DNA of 64,000 nucleotides from an uncultured bacterium (GTDB lineage Bacteria; Oederibacteriota; JAAXVQ01; JAUVAV01): NCBI GenBank assembly GCA_963710755.1, contig CAVQBK010000001.1, positions 256,001 to 320,000 of the forward strand, read 5' to 3'. Shown piece by piece: positions 58,881 to 64,000 of this stretch (position 1 is its first letter; each line of letters starts with the position of its first letter). The notes under the pieces were generated by a model. It saw only the letters and a program-made list of their open reading frames with translations, ran no database searches and was not told where the DNA came from. The position numbers and the translations under genes were made by a program.

Positions 58881-61800
58881 TCCGAGCGCGCCACCAGCCA
58901 AGGCGCCAAAAATACCACCTTGCGGCCTTGAGACCACGCTGTCCGGGCCAGCCGGTACCAGGCCATGGTTGAATCAAGATTGACTTCATCAGCCCCGGCC
59001 TGCACCAGGGGCTGGTTGAACGCCTCAGTAAGCTTTGGATCCTGCGGGGCCCTGTCCAGATGAAGCCATCGCGCCTGAATCACCAAACCCAGGGCAATGG
59101 CCGTTTGTACTCCATAGACCATTAATGACAAACCACTGACCCCGCTTATGAGGAGCATGGTGAAAATCCATTGCAGGCCTTGACCATGGAGTACCAAGGA
59201 AAGGCTCGATCCCAGCATTAAGCCACTTAGCATAACTGCCATAAAGCCCTGAAGAAGATTGAAATCGCCTTTTTTGCCCCGCTTGTCAGTAGGTTTGAAG
59301 CCAATGGCCTTCCACGGGTTCAGCTTTGCAACCCATTGGCTTGTCATTTCAAGTAACTGTATAAAACGTTTGGCCCAATGGGTGGCTTTTTTCTGCCCAT
59401 AGGCTTTTCTTGCAATAGCCAGGGCGGAAATAAGAAAGGTCGTGGATATGAGTCCGGTCAACGTCAAAGGTCCTGCGCCGGGTTTGACGCCAACCCCTTC
59501 CTCCCATTTATCGTAATAAGTCCCAAAAGCGACCTTTTTCCGCGGTAAACCGAAGATATCCACCGCCGGGAATTCAGGTTGCAGACTTTCAGGCTGCTTG
59601 TTTTGCCCGAAACGTGGTTCCAGGTACTCCATGTCCGCATGACTGCCAAAGAAAACCATTTGCCTGGCTACCAGGGTCCAATCGATCAAACCAAGCGTTT
59701 GTTTCACAAATGTCTCATGGCCTGGTCCCAAATAATTGTTAAAGTAAATCTCAAAGCTTTTACGCATCAGATTGGTTAAGCCCGAAAAACTCTCCGGCTC
59801 ATTCCAATTCATGTTTCGCCATTTCAATGGATTTTGATTATGCCATTTGATAATCGCCAGAGTCACGACTAAAAAATAACGGCTAAAAAATTCCAGTAGG
59901 TAAAAATTGGTTTCATTTTCGGCAAAATAGGTGTGAATGAAATCGATGTTTTTGCCCAACAGACCTAAATTTTGCATAATCATCGCCATAGGCATAAGCC
60001 ACTTTAAATCACGAACCATACCTTTCCCGCTCAAATTGATGGCCCAAATGGATTTCTCCCAATGCAGGCCACCGGTGGTATAACGGAACTTGTCACTGTG
60101 GCCGCGTTGGGCAATCCCATAGGTTGCCACAAAAGGTCTGTTGGTTCTCAAATTATGGAAAAGATCGGCCAAGGTAATATGGATTTCATCATTGGCTGCC
60201 AGATCACCCAATTGACCAAAGGCTTGATAGACGGCATCGAAGAGTTGTTGTTCATTTTGGATATAGGGATAATGCATGTATTCAGCGTATTGGGAATGGG
60301 GTTCAATTTTTTTAACCACAGCCACCAGCCGTTCCTGTTCTTCGGCCAAATCAAAAGGATGTCCCATAGAGGCCGCAAAGGTCTGTCTTTGCCCAACCAG
60401 TTCCCTGATGGATAAGGCTTGAGGCGAGCCATCAATAGTCTGTAACTCATTCATAGTAATTTTAAATAAAAATCGGTCTTGTGTTGGCGAAGATTTGACC
60501 TCAACCGGACGGGGACAACCCAGCCGGGCAAATTTGACAGCTTTGTCCAGCAGTTGCTGGCATTCAAAAACGAGTAAGCGGGGATTTTCTCCCTTTTTCA
60601 ATATTTTTACATCCAGCCCCGACCCGTCTTCACTTTGAAAAATCAGACGTCGCCCCAAAACCGAAATCAGTTTCAGTGGTTGTTGAACACCGCACTTCTC
60701 CAACAACACCTTGCGGTTTAACTCGGGCAAAGAAGATAAATCCAAGGAATAGTCCAGGTTGAGATGCGGGGGCGCCGGTTTATAAGACACTTCCGGAACA
60801 ACGTCCAAAATATACTCCGCCAACTGCAGGGAATGATTGAGCGCTTGGCCGTATATGTCAAATTCAAAATTTTCCAGGGTTGGTTCTTCTTTTAAAAGTG
60901 CCCAGAAAAGTTGGTCTTTTTCCCGTCCGGCCATGGTAATCATATTCTTAATGATGGTGCCTGGAGGTTGGTAGTCTTTTACAGCTTTTGCATTTTTCTC
61001 CAATCGGGCACGAAGGATGGAGAAAACAACCGCGGCGGCCACTGGATCCGCAATGCGTTGACTCAATGTTTTAAACCGATCGATTAGCCGAGTGATCCGT
61101 TTTTCAATAACCTCGGGCTCGCCATTTGTGAAAACACTCACCGGCAAGGCCAGGTACGTTCTCAGCACAGCCACAGCACGGGAGGGCGATACGGCCTTTA
61201 AAACGTCGATAAACCGCCTGATCTCAACATGTAAATTCTCAATGCCATAATATTGGGCCCTTATCCCCCGTTCATCGACAAACTCCCTAATAATCTGAAT
61301 TATGGCATAAAGACTTTCAAAGCCTTTGATTTTACTGATTAAAATTAATTGGTTTAATAATTCATCAGGATCATAACCCGGGACTTGGTCCCCTTTCTTG
61401 CTGATGGCAAGCAGCTGTTTTAAGGCAGGTTCAATCAGCCGGGGCCGCAGCGCGGCTTGCAAAGTCTTCCATTGGCGCAAGTGTCTCATGGCCTTGGCCA
61501 TTGTTAAATTTTGTTGCTCAGGATCGAGAGATCCCGGCTGGGTTAGGGTCCACCGGGCAAGCCAGTTCAGCCAGGTTTGTACCATCTCCGGTGAGGCCGG
61601 CAGGTTAAGGATTAATGTTAAAATCCGATTTTCCAATTTGATTTTTAAAAGAGGATTCGCATCGGGAAAGGTTTGTAAATATTTTTGGACCGCACTGTAA
61701 ATATCCGTTTGGTTTTGAGGATAATTCTTTTCGAGGTTGTAGTATATCAGGATTCTTTGAATACTCATTATCAGGTATTGATAGGTTTGGGGACGGATTA

Positions 61801-62145
61801 ATTTTTCCAAATATACACCGGCTATGCGCCCAATAGCTGGTTTTAATGGTGGTTGCAGCCGCAGCCCTTCGTGGACAACAATGATCGGTAGCAGCAGGCC
61901 TTCCCTAAGCCGATTAAACCAGCGGTTAGTTGAGCGAGCCATCAGCCATGGTGCCAGGGATACCACCTTGCGGTCTTGGGACCATGTGGTCCGTGCCAGC
62001 CGGTACCAGGGCATGGTCGAATCAAGATTGACTTCATCCGCGCCGGCCTGTACCAGGGCTTGGTTGAACGCTTCCGTTAAAACCGGATCCTGTTGAGCCT
62101 GGTCAAGGTTAAGCGCTTGTGCCCAAAGCAGCAGACCAAGGGCTA
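58805..62145. repeat. ~290-bp direct repeat (58805-59095 and 61854-62145) encoding the conserved inter-domain module
   Basis: Near-identical stretches such as GTAGCAGCAGGCCTTCCCTAAGCCGATTAAACCAGCGGTTAGT in both copies. Confidence 0.92.
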
Positions 62146-62290
62146 CCATCAGCTGGCCAGCCAGCACCGCCACCGCCAAGGTGCTCATACCAGCCAAGCC
62201 AAGGCCGAGCAGTACCCCTAGCCATTGGTGGCTGGTTAAGTAAAATTGAAGTCCGCCTGCCAGAAGCACGCCGCCTGCCGCGACAGCCAA
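58877..62290 (-). CDS. Giant-protein segment containing a SidJ-related pseudokinase domain flanked by TM hairpins
   Basis: GRRLIF..DVKILKKGE..E, LADLFH, INLSGKG..RDL and RQMVFF motifs in SidJ order. Confidence 0.75.
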   Translation of the reverse strand: MAVAAGGVLLAGGLQFYLTSHQWLGVLLGLGLAGMSTLAVAVLAGQLMVALGLLLWAQALNLDQAQQDPVLTEAFNQALVQAGADEVNLDSTMPWYRLARTTWSQDRKVVSLAPWLMARSTNRWFNRLREGLLLPIIVVHEGLRLQPPLKPAIGRIAGVYLEKLIRPQTYQYLIMSIQRILIYYNLEKNYPQNQTDIYSAVQKYLQTFPDANPLLKIKLENRILTLILNLPASPEMVQTWLNWLARWTLTQPGSLDPEQQNLTMAKAMRHLRQWKTLQAALRPRLIEPALKQLLAISKKGDQVPGYDPDELLNQLILISKIKGFESLYAIIQIIREFVDERGIRAQYYGIENLHVEIRRFIDVLKAVSPSRAVAVLRTYLALPVSVFTNGEPEVIEKRITRLIDRFKTLSQRIADPVAAAVVFSILRARLEKNAKAVKDYQPPGTIIKNMITMAGREKDQLFWALLKEEPTLENFEFDIYGQALNHSLQLAEYILDVVPEVSYKPAPPHLNLDYSLDLSSLPELNRKVLLEKCGVQQPLKLISVLGRRLIFQSEDGSGLDVKILKKGENPRLLVFECQQLLDKAVKFARLGCPRPVEVKSSPTQDRFLFKITMNELQTIDGSPQALSIRELVGQRQTFAASMGHPFDLAEEQERLVAVVKKIEPHSQYAEYMHYPYIQNEQQLFDAVYQAFGQLGDLAANDEIHITLADLFHNLRTNRPFVATYGIAQRGHSDKFRYTTGGLHWEKSIWAINLSGKGMVRDLKWLMPMAMIMQNLGLLGKNIDFIHTYFAENETNFYLLEFFSRYFLVVTLAIIKWHNQNPLKWRNMNWNEPESFSGLTNLMRKSFEIYFNNYLGPGHETFVKQTLGLIDWTLVARQMVFFGSHADMEYLEPRFGQNKQPESLQPEFPAVDIFGLPRKKVAFGTYYDKWEEGVGVKPGAGPLTLTGLISTTFLISALAIARKAYGQKKATHWAKRFIQLLEMTSQWVAKLNPWKAIGFKPTDKRGKKGDFNLLQGFMAVMLSGLMLGSSLSLVLHGQGLQWIFTMLLISGVSGLSLMVYGVQTAIALGLVIQARWLHLDRAPQDPKLTEAFNQPLVQAGADEVNLDSTMAWYRLARTAWSQGRKVVFLAPWLVARSD

Positions 62291-64000
62291 GGCATTTTGC
62301 CAAAGGGAATAAGGGCGGCTGACCTGAGGAGCTTGCTTCGGGAATGTTCTTTAAATACTGCTCAAATTGGCCCTCACCTTTTAAAACATCGAGCATGATC
62401 ATCAGACTAGGTTTAAGGATTTTTTGCCGGTCAGAAAGGCTGTGTTTCAAATGAGTGATCCAGATTTCTTGATACCCTGCTTCCAAGGCACTGACCTCGA
62501 TCTCCTGGTCACGAATAGCTTCAAAGGGGTCAAGCTGTTTGTCCAGCTCCATTTTATCAAGGTATTCAGCTTTGAGCAGCCCTTGACCATAGCCGGTGTT
62601 CTTTAATAATGTTGAAAACTGCTTCACCGCCTCTGTCATGAGTTCCATTGCTTGTCTAGGATGACGCCCATGACGCATCTTGGCTAGACGTTGCAACTCC
62701 ATGATCTTCGTCAGACTTTCCTCAACTTCCGGCGTTATTAAATCAGACCGCATGGGTGATAGGAACAGCTTGGTATTCAGGAAATCAAGGGTAAAGTCAA
62801 GCACTCCAAACGTCGTATTCGGATAACGGTAATCATTGAGTAGCGAGCCGAAATTAAAAAGCAGCGGCCAGCCGTCCACAAAAAAGTAGCGCCATAAATA
62901 GGGCTGGTTCATCTTCATAAAAATCTGAGCAATGAAAATATTGTTGAAAGCTTCTGCCATATTAATGCCGTACAGCTCAACCTTTTCCGCCGGGCAATGA
63001 TCAGGCAGCTCACTGTCCTTGATGGTTCTGTAATTGACCACTCTGGCCATCACATAATCTTGCCGGTGAAGTTGAATTTTACTCATGGGGCCGATATTGG
63101 TTTTTTTCCATTGTTCGAACACTTTAGGCGGTATCTCACTTATCGGGGTCATATTGGCCATAGAATGCAGTAGATTATAGGTAAAACGGGTTAATTTAGA
63201 AGGTACCCTGAGGATAAGCCAGTTCTCATTTTTATAGGAGATGAGATGAGCCCGCAAATGCTTTTCCATACGCTCATAGTAATTCAGATAATTTTCAAAA
63301 TAGTGAATTCTTCCGGAAAAAGGATTGATCATGGCCGGTTCGGATTGTTTGACACCCTCGATAAACCGGCCCGCATATTCGCCCAGGCCTTCACCTAAAT
63401 CAGCTTGTAAAAAGGCTAAAATCGCGGTCTTTATCAACTCTTTCCTGGCCTGATGAGCCTTGGCGTCTTTGCTCTGTTGGCTACCTTTCGTCCCGGTCAT
63501 CATCATCACCGGTGACATCGGATCATCCGCCACTTCAAAGTCCATTCCTGCAGGAATAGCTAAAGGCTGCTCTTGATAAAGGCCATTTTTCAACGTGTTA
63601 ACCATTGCTTCCCAGAAGCGCCAAGGCGCCCAAAAAACCTTTAAAAGCCATCCTTTAATGGTATTTCCCCAACCCCTCCACGGCAGGCCGGACAGCCAAC
63701 GATTGAGATCACGGCCACGGTGTAGCAGGAATGTCAGAACCAAATAGACGGCAATAAGCCTCACCAGGGGTGAGGTATCCAGAGCGTGTCCGCGCCAAGC
63801 AGCCAAACGTTGGGTTACAGCCTCAATGTATTCGGGAGCGACCAGCACGATAGGGTGGCTGCCAATGGTCATGGCGACATCCAGTCTTTCTTCCTGTTTA
63901 ACCAGACCGGACACGGCTTTGGGGCCAATTACGGCCAGGGCGGCCTTGGCCCCCAAGCGAATCGGCACCGTCATGGTGTGGTCTTTATAAACTTTAATGT
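62290..64000 (-). CDS. Giant-protein segment (open to window edge) with degenerate kinase-like domain
   Basis: Frame has no stop upstream of ATG 63974 within the window; TM segment, then a globular domain. Confidence 0.6.

Larger units (their letters stand above)
51027..64000 (-). pseudogene. Giant modular membrane protein gene (>4000 codons, 5' end outside window) interrupted by several frameshifts
   Basis: Overlapping minus-strand ORFs 62109->64000, 58877-62290, 56080-58989, 55419-56117, 55124-55405, small pieces, and 51027-54782 join by single-base shifts; the repeat comparison pins one 1-nt insertion; could be real decay or assembly error. Confidence 0.72.

Noticed and set aside
58805-62145. 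Diversity-generating retroelement TR/VR pair
   Set aside because: Differences are mostly synonymous and not adenine-specific; both copies are coding; no reverse transcriptase in the window
1-64000. CRISPR arrays, tRNA/rRNA genes, transposases, integrases, prophage genes
   Set aside because: None recognised by eye; tRNAscan, Infernal and CRISPR finders would be needed to exclude them formally

Overview
Chromosomal window from an anaerobic diderm bacterium. Its gene content ([FeFe]-hydrogenase maturases, NfnAB, superoxide reductase, a T9SS-type cargo with PorV, a giant modular gene) suggests an uncultured lineage such as FCPU426 or Elusimicrobiota/Omnitrophota-like groups, but that is inference. 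Positions 1-40 kb carry mostly + strand housekeeping, redox and envelope genes: hydE, aspA, hydF, mutL-miaA, pheT, malQ, rnd, mscS, Grx-FTR, ECF sigma/anti-sigma, frameshifted prfB, an Omp85-peptidase, nfnAB, and a T9SS cargo with PorV-TPR. A 28-bp XerCD dif site at 40121-40148 sits where gene orientation flips to the - strand (thrS, pssA, psd, yebC, glpD, sfsA), so the window probably contains the replication terminus. The most striking element is 51027->64000: one >13 kb minus-strand reading frame broken by frameshifts, most of them +1. It encodes a giant membrane-anchored protein in which TM hairpins and a duplicated ~95-aa module alternate with effector-like cargo domains. These are a Legionella SidJ-like pseudokinase, a degenerate PI3/4K/HipA-like kinase, helical repeats, a RelE-like domain, degenerate nucleotidyltransferase folds and an HExxH zincin. 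All domain calls come from motif recognition by eye; no searches were run.
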